The position numbers and the translations under genes are program-made. From Chrysomallon squamiferum (lineage: Eukaryota; Animalia; Mollusca): a stretch of 64,000 nt of DNA. The stretch covers positions 9,052,001 through 9,116,000 of the forward strand of contig CM022672.1 in assembly GCA_012295275.1 (NCBI GenBank), read 5' to 3'. Below the pieces are notes generated by a model. The model was not told where the DNA came from. It made no database searches and saw only the letters and a list, made by a program, of their open reading frames with translations. Positions 1-12,637 of this stretch are shown in pieces. The first letter of the stretch is position 1. Each line of letters opens with the position of its first letter.

Positions 1-3000
1 GGAAGACTGTTTGGAATGGGTAAAAATAAAAATATTTAGCGTATTTATTACTCTTCTATTTATTTCCTTTGCATTTATTTATATTTATTTAGTGAGTGTT
101 TCCTTCTGGCAAGTATAAATAAAAAAACTTTTAAAGAAAATATTTGATTATATAAATGAAACAGATAAATAAATAAATGAATAAATACATATTTTTTAAA
201 TTAATTATTTTATTTATTGATTTATATATTTAGTTATTTATACATTTATTTATGATTCAAATTAATTAAGTTAATTAATTATTTCTTTAAAACAGTTTTT
301 TTTTTATACGTTCGATAAGTAAACACACATCAGCACATATCATCCATACAACATTTAATTCTAAGTGTTATTATAGCCTGTAGAAATAAATAGCCATCCT
401 GTCTTTGTACGTACAGAAAATTAGTTCTACCATTTTGCGTTTGATTCATGTCAAGAAAACATACTAATACACAATGAAAAAATAATAGTTATAGCGTAAG
501 TATATAATTCTTTAGTCTTCTTTATAAAATATCTAAATTATGAATGTATAACTGTCTTAATGTTTTGCAATATATGCGATTTACTCTGTATTTATGTGTG
601 AACATATGTATGTGTCTATCTGTATATATGTATCTAGTTATGTATGTAGGTGTGTATGTAGGAACATATTTATGCATGTATATGTGTATAATATACTGAT
701 ATATGCATATACTGTACTTATATATTTGTACATTTGTATACTGATAATGTTTGCTTTTCAAGACAATCATTCATATCTTAACTAACAGTGTAATTTTTAA
801 ATATGAAAATATTTCAGTTATCATTTACTTTTTTGTCCAGTATATCAGACAAAATGAAATGTAATATCATTTTCTTTTCTTTCGTTATTTCATATATTTC
901 TGAATTAAAATCAAAACATTCAGCACAGCAACCAGCTGTGTCTGACATTTCTTCAATTAGATTTCAAATCAAATTCACAGAATTAGAAACACTTGTCACT
1001 GGCGTGTTGTCTAATGAACTGAGAACCACTGTCTCATTTATCTGCAGGTAAATATATTTACGTGAAGATCTTAATTCCAAGCTGTGTTTCACAACGTAAC
1101 CAGAGACTGAGATTTACTTACAGGTGGATTCTTTTTCTTCTTTCTCCCTAACGAGAATATTTGTGTAAGTGATGGATACCAGTACTAACGGAACTAGTTC
1201 AAATTCGTCATCTTGGATTAGCAACCTGTTTCGTCCATCGTTGTCGTTATCAGTGCCTCTCACAGCTCTGTGTCTAGGAGCACTTGTAGAAAATGTTGTT
1301 ACTTGTATATTCATTGTAAAGAAGAAAGTTATGAACAAGTATTCAGTCTACGTGGCAGTGATATCGCTGTCTATAAGCGATAGTCTACTCTGTTTCAATG
1401 GTCTCATAAATATTATAATAGTTTACTACATAACCTTAAAGTCTCCAGAGAATATAAGTCCAATCGTGTGCACCATCGTTCTTTTTATAAACTTGTATGC
1501 AATTTTAATCACTACTAGTCAACTGTTGTTGATAAGCTGTATGCGAGCTATTTCAATTTACAGCATTAAGAACAATTCTAGTCTCTCAAGACTGTTTACA
1601 AAAAGAAACACTTTCATCTGTGTTCTCGTAATGTGGACATTTCTAACTTCTGGCAGTGTCATTACTATGGTAATTGACAGAACTATCTACGATGCAAATC
1701 CTCAGAACTGTCCTTTTAGATCTATAATCGCTTTACTGGGAACTACAGCACGTTATTTTCTAATAGCTGCAGCATTTAACTATTCGTTTTGCTTGCTGTT
1801 TTACTTATTATCAATTTACAAACTGATCTTTGTTAGTCTTGAAAGAAAAAAGTTGATGTGGTTGTTGTCTCAAATACAGTTAGAGATAGAAATTTTGGAG
1901 AAGCATCAAGAAGTCATACAACAGATACATTGACAAGCATCTGTCATATTGAGCAGGTTCAGGAAAATCTTCACTACCACGACAGCCACACTGAAATGAC
2001 AACATTACGTGACGGCATGGGTTGCAGCAAAGTCATCAGTCAGCTAGAAATCTCAATAACGACAGCAGCACGTGCGTGGGCGGCTCCATCCCACGACACA
2101 GACCTCCTAAACGTCAGTCTAAAGAACTTGTTGCTACAATCATTGTTGGTGTTCTTGTTGCAACGCATTCTGCAACCATTATTCCTTGGATCACTGAAAT
2201 AGGCAGATCATTCAGGACCCTGAATCAATACATTATTTAGTGACAGCAGCCCTTTTTTCAGTTCTGAATGCGACTGTGGATCCATTCATTTTTGTCCTTT
2301 CTTTACAGAGTGTACGAGAGAAACTATGTTGTCGATGTCAGAGAAACTAAAAAGAAAGGAAAAACTTACGGTTTAAAAGAATAACTCATTATTAATTATT
2401 ACTGTCTCCTTGAATGTATTATTAATAAATTCTGATATTGTGTGTAAGAAGATAAAGAAAAATATGATTATTGTAGATACTTTTCAGATACATAATTAGT
2501 TGATGGTGTTGTCGAGGATATACGGATAATTACTGTTCAGTGTATCAAAATGAAGATCATAGATCATGCGCTCAATGTAAGCAGTAAGTCATGCTTTGAA
2601 CTGTATTCTTGTAGACTTTGTGTCAAATACCTACATCAGCGACAGTGATGACCTCGTACAGCATCAGATGCAATCTGTAATTATTTCAAACTGATTGTAA
2701 TTTTATATTTTTACTGACATTCGTAGCACTATTCAGGAATTGGCAGGATTCTCTTATTTCTGAATTTTGTACGGATTCATTTGACGTCAGTATAACTTGA
2801 TTAATTATTTACTACTTAGGAATGTATTTTACTTTGAAAATGTTGAATATTATACAAAGAACACAATGATTTATAATACTCACATACACAGACAGACACA
2901 CATTATGTGTGTGTATGTGTGTGTGTGTGTGTGTGTTGGTGTGTCTGAAATATCTGGTTATTGTCTTAAGAAATTAGGTTGATTCTACGAAGGTTGAAAT

Positions 3001-3358
3001 GGCGATTCTGAAAGGGAAAACAGATATCTTAAGACAGTAACCAGTTATTTATTTTTGCTGCAATCAACTCAACTCACCGCTATCGACGATGTTAGCTCAC
3101 GGGTGTTGGTTTCGTTTTCGGCTACATAGAGTATACATTAAAACAAAATATTCTTAAATAAGAACAGTTTTTTGTTATTTTCAAAATCAAAACCAAAAGT
3201 GATATTTGATCGGAGACCGAAATCTATATAATGCCTGTAACAGTATAAGGTATTTGTATGTAAGATTGTAACTTCTGTCGAAGTGAACACTGTTGTTCCG
3301 TTTTATTGCTCATAAAACTATGAAATGTAAGCTGCATGTGTTTTACCGATTTATATAT
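1..3358 (+). repeat. Segmental duplication unit A (5' flank + GPCR copy 1 + 3' flank), paralogous to 5257-8155
   Basis: Window start ggaagactgtttggaatgggtaaaaataaa recurs at 5257; colinear similarity runs through the CDS and 3' flank to aagctgcatgtg...gatttatatat (3358 vs 8155). Confidence 0.9.
1172..2350 (+). pseudogene. Class A GPCR copy 1 (+ clade), full length with three 1-bp deletions
   Basis: ORFs 1169-1933, 1858-2202 and 2022-2240 plus the tail DPFIFVLSLQSVREKLCCRCQRN* (TAA 2348-2350) tile intact copy 3. Single-base deletions at ~1846-1851 (A run), ~2046 and ~2208; span 1179 nt vs 1182 nt for copy 3. Confidence 0.9.
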
Positions 3359-3400
3359 AAATTGAATATGTGTATATATGAGAGACGTTACGTCTGTATT

Positions 3401-3402
<2 letters not shown>

Positions 3403-3466
<64 letters not shown>
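3403..3466. repeat. (CT)n microsatellite
   Basis: Pure CT dinucleotide run. Confidence 0.95.
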
Positions 3467-3469
<3 letters not shown>

Positions 3470-4299
3470 GTATGTAAACAAACAACTGAGAAGCATTGTA
3501 TTAGTTTACTGTTAATATGATACAAACAATGAAATAAAATATACTCTCTGCACGTTGGTTCAGATGAACTCTGTAAATAAATCCTGTAAATTTCATTATA
3601 ACATGATGAGAGAATGACTGAAATTGAATAAGAGATGCCGAATCACCAACAGCAATAACAACATCAGCAAAACAACAAGAACAATAATAAAAATAATAAA
3701 TAGTCCCGATTTCTACTTCTTATTAGATTAAAAACAAAACAAACAAAAAAAAAAACCCCAAAAACAAACAACAAACAAATCAGCATAAATACATACACAG
3801 ATTGAACGTTAATTAATTTGTTTTTTAATGCATTCGTTTCTACATGTAATTTCTTCCTTTATTCATTCTTTCACTCTTTCATTTATTAATTAATTCATTC
3901 ACTCAATCACTCAGTCATTCATTCAAAGTAAACTGAGAAACAAGCATTTAGTTTCTTAGAGAAAACATTATAACAAGATGATGTAATATTAAAAAAGAAT
4001 ACTAACCAAGAATTACTCTCTGATCCTCCCATGTTTACGAGAGTGGAAATTTAATTTTATGGAATTTGCCTAAAAAGTATCCATTGCAGGTTCCTTATTA
4101 AATGAAATATCTACTTAACAAACAAACGCCCGTAACAGCTTTTTTAACTTTTTTATTTTATTTTATTTTTTTATATAACGAAAACATGAATAAATTTATG
4201 AAGTCTATATAATAATAGGAAAAGCATATTATATTGTTATACTTATCTTTTTTTTTATGGATATATATTTTTTATCAATAACTTGGTAATCTGTTAGTT

Positions 4300-4895
4300 G
4301 CATATGTCCTGTCGCTTTGGCTAATGAAAAGAACACCATTTGTCATTTCGCACGCCGCTATGTGTACTGCATGTGCAAACGAGGTTGGTTCGTGCTGTCG
4401 CAGAAGCACGTGCAGTACGGACGCATTGAAATCACATTCTGATGCACTGTACCAACATTATGCAAAAACAAAACGAAGATTTTATCTTGTTAAGATGGGT
4501 CGCGGTCCAGGCTTAACGGAAAATCAGCGTCATGAAGCAATATGACGACTTAACGCCGGCCAACGCGTACACGACGTACATCGCTCGGTAATGTTCATGA
4601 CGGTACCATTTGACGACTCCGACAACGCGTACACCAAACTGGGCAAGTGCAAGATAACCACGTTTTGATAGATCATGATTAACTATTGCAAATGAGTCTC
4701 TGTCACCAATTTGGTAGTTGTACCCCTCCGTTTCATCAGATTAAAGAACGACATTGAAACCGTGACACCGTGTTTCTGCTGGTTACATTCAGAAATGCTG
4801 TATCAATAAAATAATGCGTTCAGATAAATTCAATATCCAATCAGGTTGTCTGTATTTCATATCTTGTACGTATATGTTAAACTGATTTGGCACAG
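4300..4895 (+). mobile_element. Internally deleted Tc1/mariner relic, same family as 8158-9180 (left boundary approximate)
   Basis: ATG 4495 gives MGRGPGLTENQRHEAI*RLNAGQRVHDV, a Tc1-type N-terminus. 4690-4895 is the reverse complement of 8158-8350 and ends ttggcacag followed by TA. Confidence 0.8.
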
Positions 4896-4897
4896 TA

Positions 4898-4906
<9 letters not shown>

Positions 4907-4966
<60 letters not shown>
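4907..4966. repeat. (TA)n microsatellite
   Basis: TA run preceded by a short TG run, abutting the Tc1 end. Confidence 0.95.
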
Positions 4967-4969
<3 letters not shown>

Positions 4970-5256
4970 TACTACTATAATTTTAGAAATAGAATACAAG
5001 GTGCAAATTTTTTATCACTATCTTTTTTTTCCATCGAAGACAAGAAAATATTTAAGAATGCTATGCAATAGCGTTATACAGGTAGTTTATATTTATATAT
5101 TTATCTTTCCGTATGTTAATATCATGGAGATAATAACTTGCATTAATGACTTCAGTGGCTGATATTGTAATTTAACTGAAAGAGATTTATTTTATTATAT
5201 TTTATGCAGCGTCTAAATAGAGAAACACTTAAAACAGCCGTTTAAAGACTAATCTC

Positions 5257-8155
5257 GGAAGACTGTTTGGAATGGGTAAAAATAAATATATTTAGCGTAT
5301 TTATTACTCTTCTATTTATTTCCTTTGCATTTATTTATATTTATTTAGTGAGTGTTTCCTTCTGGCAAGTATAAATAAAAAAACTTTTAAAGAAAATATT
5401 TGATTATATAAATGAAACAATTAATAATTAATTAAATAAAATTATTAATAATTAATTAATTTATAAATAAATAAATAATTTTATTTATTGATGTATATAT
5501 TTTGTTATTTATAAATGAAATTAATGTTCAGTTTAGTTAAGTAATTAATTATTTCTTTAATACATTTTTTAAAAAAAAATACTTTCCATCAGTAAAAACA
5601 CATCAGGACATATCATCCAAATAAGATTTAATTTTCTGTGTTATTATAGCCTGTAGAAATAACTGCCATGTAATTTCTTTGAAACATGAAATGTATCAAT
5701 AACAATACTCTCTTTGAATGTAAAGAAAATTAATTCTGTCATTTTAGGTTTAATTCAAGTCAAGAAAACATATTAATAAACAAGGAAAAAAATAGTTACT
5801 GGGTAAGTGTAAAATTCTTTAGTCTTCTTCACAAAATAACTAAATTATGAGTATGACTGTATTAAAGTTTTACAATATTGTATTGTGTGAACAGGTGTAT
5901 GTGTCTACGTGTGCATATGTATCTAGATATGTACGTAGGTGTATATTTATATAAATTGATATATGTATATACTGTACTTATATATTTGTAAGTTTGTATG
6001 CTGATAATGTTTGCTTTTCAAGAAATTATTCTTAATTAACAGTGTAAATTTAAATAAAAAACTGAGTTACAATTTACTTTTTTGAAATGTAATATATTTT
6101 ATCTTTTGTTTTTTCATATATTTCTGAACTCAAAATCCAAACGTTCGTCATAGCAACCAGCTGTGTCTGACATTTCTACAGTTAGATTTCAAATCAAATT
6201 CACAGAACTAGAAACACTTGTCACTGGCGTGTTGTCTAATGAACTGAGAACCAGTCTTCATTTATCTGCAAATAAATATATTTACGTGAAGATCTAAATT
6301 CCATGCTGTGTTTTAGAACGCAACCACAGACTGTGTGTTACTTACACGTGGATTCTTTCATTTTTCTCATCAATTTTCCTCACTTATAATCACGAGAGTA
6401 TTTGTGTAAGCGATGGATACCAGTACTAACGGAACTAGTTTAAATTCGTCATCTTGGATTAGCAACCTGTTTCGTCCGTCGTTGTCGTTATCAGTGCCTC
6501 TCACAGCTCTGTGTCTAGGAGCACTTGTAGAAAATGTTGTTACTTGTATATTCATTGTAAAGAAGAAAGTTATGAACAAGTATTCAGTCTACGTGGCAGT
6601 GATATCGCTGTCTATAAGCGATAGTCTACTCTGTTTCAATGGTCTCATAAATATGACTATTGTTCATTACATGACCTCAACTGATCCGGAGAATGTAAGT
6701 CCAATCTTGTGCACCATTCTTCTTTTTATCAGCTTGTATGCGGTTTTAAACACCACTAGTCAACGAGCCATTTCAATTTACAACATTAAGAACAATTCTA
6801 GTCTCTCAAGACTGTTTACAAAACGTAAAACTTTCTTCTGTGTTCTCGTAATGTGGACATTTCTAACTTCTGTGGTCGTTGTCTCAAATGCAATCGGAGA
6901 TAGAAATTTTGCAAAAGCATTAAAAAAATCATACAACAGATAGAATGACAAGCATCTGACAGAACAATGATATGATAACATTACGTGACGGCATATGTTG
7001 TGGCAACGTCATCAGTCAGCTGAGAAATCTCAATAATGACAGCAGCACGTATGTGGACGGCTCCATTCCACGACACAAACCTCCTAAACGTCAGTCTAAA
7101 GAACTTGTTGCCACAATCATTGTTGGTGTTCTTGTTGCAACGCATTCTGCAACCATCATTCCTTGGATAATTCAACTCGGTAGACTCATTCAGGACGCAG
7201 AATCAATAGATGATTTGGCGAAAGGAGCATTCTTTTCGATTCTGAATGCGATAGCGGATCCAGTCATTTTTGTCCTTTCTTTACAGAGTGTACGAGAGAA
7301 ACTGTGTTGTCGATGTCAGAGAAACTAAAATGAAAGGAAAGAATTACGGTTTAAAGGAATAATTCATTATTAATTATTATTATCTGCTTGAATGTATTAT
7401 TAATGAATTCTGATATTTTGTTTAAGAAAATATAATTAGTTGATGATGTTGTCAGGGATCTCTGGATAATTTTGGTTCAGTGTATGAAAATGAAAAAGTC
7501 ACGAATCATGACCTCAATGTATTCAGTAAGTCGTGCTTTGAACTGTATTCTTCTAGACTTTGCTTCAAATATTTAAATCAGCTATAATTCAGTGTCGTAA
7601 AGCATCAGATGCAATCTATAATTATTTCAAATTGATTGTAATTTATTGAAGAATTGGCAGGATTTTCTTATTTCTGAATTTTGTGCAGATTCATTTGTAT
7701 AAGTTGACTAATTATGTATTAGTTAGGAATGTATTTTACTTTGAAAATGTTGAACGTTTTATAAAAACACAATGGTTATAAAACACACACACACATATAA
7801 TTGTGCGAATGTGTCTGAAATATCGAATTATTGTCTTAAGATATTAGATTGATCCGAAGAAGGTTGAAATGGCGAATCTGCCAGGAAAAACAGATATCTT
7901 AAGACAGTAACCAGTTACTCATTTTTGCTGCAATCAACTCAACTCACCGCTGTTGATTGTAGTAGATCCACGGGTGTTGATTTCGTTTTCGGCTATATAA
8001 AAGAAAATATTTTTGAATAACTAAACCGAAGTGCTTGTAAGATATTTGTGTATAATGTTGTAATTTTTATCGAGGTAAACACAGAATGGTTGCTCTGTGT
8101 TACTGTTCATTTAAATGTTAAATATAAGCTCCATGTGCTTTCCAGATTTATATAT
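5257..8155 (+). repeat. Segmental duplication unit B (5' flank + GPCR copy 2 + 3' flank)
   Basis: Colinear with 1-3358; similarity ends at the Tc1 element beginning ~8158. Confidence 0.9.
6413..7328 (+). pseudogene. Class A GPCR copy 2 (+ clade), deleted pseudogene
   Basis: Near-identical N-terminus to copies 1 and 3. In-frame 21-nt deletion in TM3 (LLLIS(C/G)M missing), in-frame 207-nt deletion removing end of TM4, ECL2 and TM5, then a frameshift and ~38-nt deletion in ICL3; TM6-TM7 lie in ORF 6972-7328. Confidence 0.92.
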
Positions 8156-8157
8156 TT

Positions 8158-9180
8158 TGTGCCAAATAAGTTTAGCAATTACGTACAAGATGGTGAAATT
8201 CAGATAACCTTATTGAATATTGAATTTATTTGTACACATTATTTCACTGATGCAGCATTTCTCAATGTCACCGTGTCAACGTCGTTACTTTAATGTTATG
8301 AAATGAATCGGAGGGGTACATGTACCAAACTGGTCAGAGTGACTGAATGATATGTGTTTGTATGCACCAGCGGCATTGATGACAGCAGTACATCGTCCTC
8401 TCATGCTTCTAATCAGAGTATTAATTTCAAGAGCAGTAATTGCGTTCCATTTCCGATTCAGAGCAATTTCTAGATCATAGACATTAAGGATATGAGGATG
8501 GTTTTCGCATACCCTACGGTCCAGTAGGTTCCATGTATGTTCAACTGGGAACAAGTCAGGGGACTTTGGTTGCGAGTTCAACACTTGGATGTGGTTCCGA
8601 TCAAGAAGATTAGTGGTTAGACTATCGGTATGTGGTCTAGCGTTGTCATTTTGAAACAGAAAGTCAGGATGCTGCTGCAGGAATGGAATCACCACTGGTG
8701 TAATAATCTCGTCGCAGTAACGTTTAGCAGTCATGTATCCATGAATGAAAACAAGATCTGTTTTCCCTCCACCATGAATGCCGGCCCAGTCCATGACGCT
8801 GTCACCGCCATATCGGTCATGCTGAATGACGTTGTCTATATCATACTGAATACAAAACCTGGATTCGTCTGTGAATAAAGTCTGATCCCATTGTCTACGT
8901 CGCCAGTGTTGATGTATACTGGCCCATCTCATACGTACCTGAACGTGAAGCGCTGTCAGGGGAACAGTTACAACAAGGCGACGTGCTTATAATCCAGCAG
9001 CATGGAGTAGGAATGACGGACAGTTTGAGCATGAATGCTAGCGCTAGTGGTTTGCTGAAAGTTAGAGCGCTTTGGAAACTGTGACGTCGAGACGATTACG
9101 AAAGTACTGAGCGAAGTCGTATACGCGTTGGCCAGCGTTAAGCCTGGACGGCGACCCATTATAACAGGATACATTCTTCC
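8158..9180 (-). mobile_element. Tc1 (DD34E) transposon relic with recognisable catalytic domain
   Basis: ORF 8285-8932 has LFTDESRF, FQNDNARPH and SPDLFPVEHTW, with 34 residues between the second D and E. Start MGRRPGLT at ATG 9159; the N-terminal HTH region is deleted and frameshifted. Confidence 0.93.
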
Positions 9181-10151
9181 TTCCTCTAACACTACTTGTT
9201 ATCACGGTCTAGCGAGCATTAATGGGAAAACTCATAACCCTCTGCTTCAGATTAAGTGTTCCAATTTTCCGGGTGAAATTAAATAAAATATTCTGTACGC
9301 AGACAGTAATCTTCAAAGTAAATTTCTTTTTTTAAAACCATTGTTTTTACTCTCCAATAATTATTTCACACGAAGATAGCGAATACAACGAGCAGCGAGG
9401 CGAAACAGCCAATCAGAGTGTCAAGCGTCAAAGAAATTTCATGAAAAAGGCTCCTTGTCATTTCACAATCTACTACCAGATTTGTGTGCGACAGTTAAAA
9501 GTACTTAAGTATGTCAGCTTTATTTCTGACACTGTAGAACTGTCCAAGTTATGAGGAAAATGTTCATTATGCATTACAACGGTGTTTTTGCTAAGACAAA
9601 AGCTATTATCTTACTGAGTATTCTTGTAATATCTATTTTCAGACATAACAACAACAACAACAACAACAAAAAAAAAAAAAAAATTATTAGAAAATGAATG
9701 GATTGATCAACATTATATATATATATTATTTATTTTCTTATTTCTCAAAGAAATAACCATAGAAAACACACCGAGGCCGTATAAACGGGTCATCGTTAGC
9801 ACTTCTATTCTGTATAACGTTGCAGTGTAAATCAAACTTTGATGTGGTTTCTATTCACAGACTTTATAGAAAGAAAACGAAACGTAACTGATTTATTGAT
9901 CTTATAATGTATTTTGTCATGACTATGCCTTATGTTATAATAGGCCTACAGTGGTGTTATAATGAACAAAAACAAGTAAGAAATACTTGTTCATTTTGTT
10001 TTGAAGGATATGAAATGTATGGCTGGTGATATATTTTGGTCTTTGAAGAAAATCATTCATATCTGGATTCACAGAGTCATTCTAAGTATGAATATGTTTC
10101 AGTAATCCTTGTTGTTTTTGTTATTGTTTAGTACAATGAAATGTATTATCA

Positions 10152-10172
10152 TTTTTTCTTTTGTTATTCCAG
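10152..10172 (+). promoter_or_regulatory. Candidate 3' splice acceptor of a 5'-UTR intron of copy 3
   Basis: ttttttcttttgttattccAG lies at the start of the ~300-nt upstream block conserved among copies 1-3. Confidence 0.45.
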
Positions 10173-10467
10173 ATATTTCTGAATTTAAAATCAAAACGTT
10201 CATCATAGCAACCAGCTGTGCGTGACATTTCTTCAGTTCGATTTCAAATCAAATTCACAGAACTAGATACACTTGTCACTGGCGTGTTGTCTAATGAACT
10301 GAGAACCAGTCTTATTTATCTGCAAATAAATATATTTACGTGAAGATCTAAATTCCATGCTGTGTTTTACAACGTAACCGCAGACTGTGTGTTACTTATA
10401 TGTGGATTCTTTCATTTTTTCCCATCAATTTTCCTCTGTTATAAACACGAGAGTATTTGTGTAAGTG

Positions 10468-11649
10468 ATGGATACCAGTTCTAACGGAACTAGAACAAAT
10501 TCGTCATCTTGGATTAGCAACCTGTTTCATCCGTCGTTGTCGTTATCAGTGCCTCTCACAGCTCTGTGTCTAGGAGCACTTGTAGAAAATGTTGTTACTT
10601 GTATATTCATTGTAAAGAAGAAAGTTATGAACAAGTATTCAGTCTACGTGGCAGTGATATCGCTGTCTATAAGCGATAGTCTACTCTGTTTCAACAGCCT
10701 AATAAATATGACTATTGTTCATTACATGACGTCAACTGATCCGGAGAATGTAAGTCCAATCTTGTGCACCATTCTTCTTTTTATAAACTTGTATGCAGTT
10801 TTAATCACTACTAGTCAACTGTTGTTGATAAGCGGTATGCGAGCTATTTCAATTTACAGCATTAAGAATAATTCTAGTCTCTCAAGACTGTTTACAAAAA
10901 GAAAAACCTTCATCTGTGTTGTCATCATGTGGACTCTTCTAACTTTTGGCAGTGTCATTTCTATGATAATTGACAGAACTGTCTACAATGCAAAACCTCA
11001 GTTCTGTCGGTTTAGATCTATAATCGCTTTACTGGGAACTACAACACATTATTTTCTAATAGCTGCAGCATTTAACTATTCGTTTTGCTTGCTATTTTAC
11101 TTATTATCAATCTACAGACTGATCTGTATTGGACTTGAGAGAAAAAAAGTGGATACGGTTGTTGTCTCAAATGCAGTTAGAGACAGAAATTTAGCAAAAT
11201 CATCAAGAAGTCATACAACAGATACAATGACAAGCATCTGTCAAATTGAGCAGGTTCAGAAACATTTTCCCTACCATGACAGCCGCACTGAAATGACGAC
11301 ATTACGTGACGGCATAGGTTGCAGCAGTGTCATCAGTCAGAGGAGAAATCTCAATAATGACAACAGCACGTATTTGGACGGCTCCATTCCACGACACAAA
11401 CCTCCTAAACGTCAGTCTAAAGAACTTGTTGCTACAATCATTGTTGGTGTTCTTGTTGCAACGCATTCTGCAACCATCGTGCCTTGGATAATTCAACTCG
11501 GTCGAGTGATTCAAGACCCAGAATCAATAGAGAACTTAGTGAAAGGAGCTCTGTTTTCAATTGTTAATGCGATACTGGATCCATTCATTTTCGTCCTGTC
11601 TCTACAGAGTGTACGAGAGAAAGTCTGCAGTCGATGTAAGACAAAGTAA
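10468..11649 (+). CDS. Class A (rhodopsin-like) GPCR copy 3, intact, 393 aa, single coding exon
   Basis: Seven hydrophobic segments; N-terminal sequons (NGT, NSS); ENVV in TM1; SLSISD in TM2; C3.25 exactly 25 residues before R of MRA; ECL2 Cys (FCRFRS); NAILDPFIF in TM7; helix 8 VREKV plus C-terminal Cys. Confidence 0.93.
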   Translation: MDTSSNGTRTNSSSWISNLFHPSLSLSVPLTALCLGALVENVVTCIFIVKKKVMNKYSVYVAVISLSISDSLLCFNSLINMTIVHYMTSTDPENVSPILCTILLFINLYAVLITTSQLLLISGMRAISIYSIKNNSSLSRLFTKRKTFICVVIMWTLLTFGSVISMIIDRTVYNAKPQFCRFRSIIALLGTTTHYFLIAAAFNYSFCLLFYLLSIYRLICIGLERKKVDTVVVSNAVRDRNLAKSSRSHTTDTMTSICQIEQVQKHFPYHDSRTEMTTLRDGIGCSSVISQRRNLNNDNSTYLDGSIPRHKPPKRQSKELVATIIVGVLVATHSATIVPWIIQLGRVIQDPESIENLVKGALFSIVNAILDPFIFVLSLQSVREKVCSRCKTK

Positions 11650-12561
11650 AGTTTGTTTTGGTAGACTTTGTGTCAAATATCGACAAAAGAACGATGTCAT
11701 AGAGCATTAGCAGCAGTCTATAATTATTCTAAATGTTTTATAATAAAATGTTTTGCTGACTTTCGTAACACTTTTGAGAAGTTCGCAGAATTTTCAAATT
11801 TCTGAATTTTATTCGGATCGACGTGTTGTCAGTAAAACCTGACTAATTCATCAAAAGATAGAAATGTATTTTTATTACAAAATATTGAACATTTTATAAA
11901 GAGTATATATCCTGCAATCCTAAATACTACAGTACATGTTTTAATAAATAAAACAGCATGTTTTATTTCTCAATTTTCCGCAATCGAGAGATATAATTTG
12001 CTTTTCGCTTATAAATATATAAAATGTTCAATCTTTATGTTTAACAAATTTATATAAAAATTAAATATACGTATATCCTAGTTTTTTTAATGTCTAAATT
12101 TTGACTTGCTGTAACTGACGAGGAAAATCTTAAGATTTACTCAAACAATTTTGAGTGAAGCCGATGTTTACAACGCGTATGACACGAACAAGAAAAAGTA
12201 ATAAAAGCAAAGAACTTTGTACAGGTTTACTGTTACCATGGTGCAAATAATGAAATAAAATATACTAACTGCTCGACGCTACAAATTTATGGATTATCAG
12301 TTCTGATTAACTACAGTTAACATTATAACTGAGAAATTAAAAGAGATATCCAAGTCAGTGAAGCTGATGCTGATTATTATGATAATGGGTTCTTTGGTAA
12401 TGACTAAAATACTGAAAACAACTTTACAATCAGTCAGTATTCTATTTCCATATGAAATATAAATTTTATTTGTTACTGTTAACATCTGTACTTTTGGAAA
12501 CACAATTGTAACAACATATCGATGATTAAACGTTTTAGGTTTTATGCTTATAACTTCAAGA

Positions 12562-12562
<1 letters not shown>

Positions 12563-12637
<75 letters not shown>
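12563..12637. repeat. (CAT)n(TAT)n compound microsatellite
   Basis: Visible trinucleotide runs. Confidence 0.95.

Noticed and set aside
12105-12175. Hammerhead-like CTGACGAG-stem(aaatct/agattt)-CTC-AAAC...GTT
   Set aside because: Lacks the essential G of GAAA, and stems I and III are weak; at best a dead relic. An Infernal search with hammerhead models would settle it.
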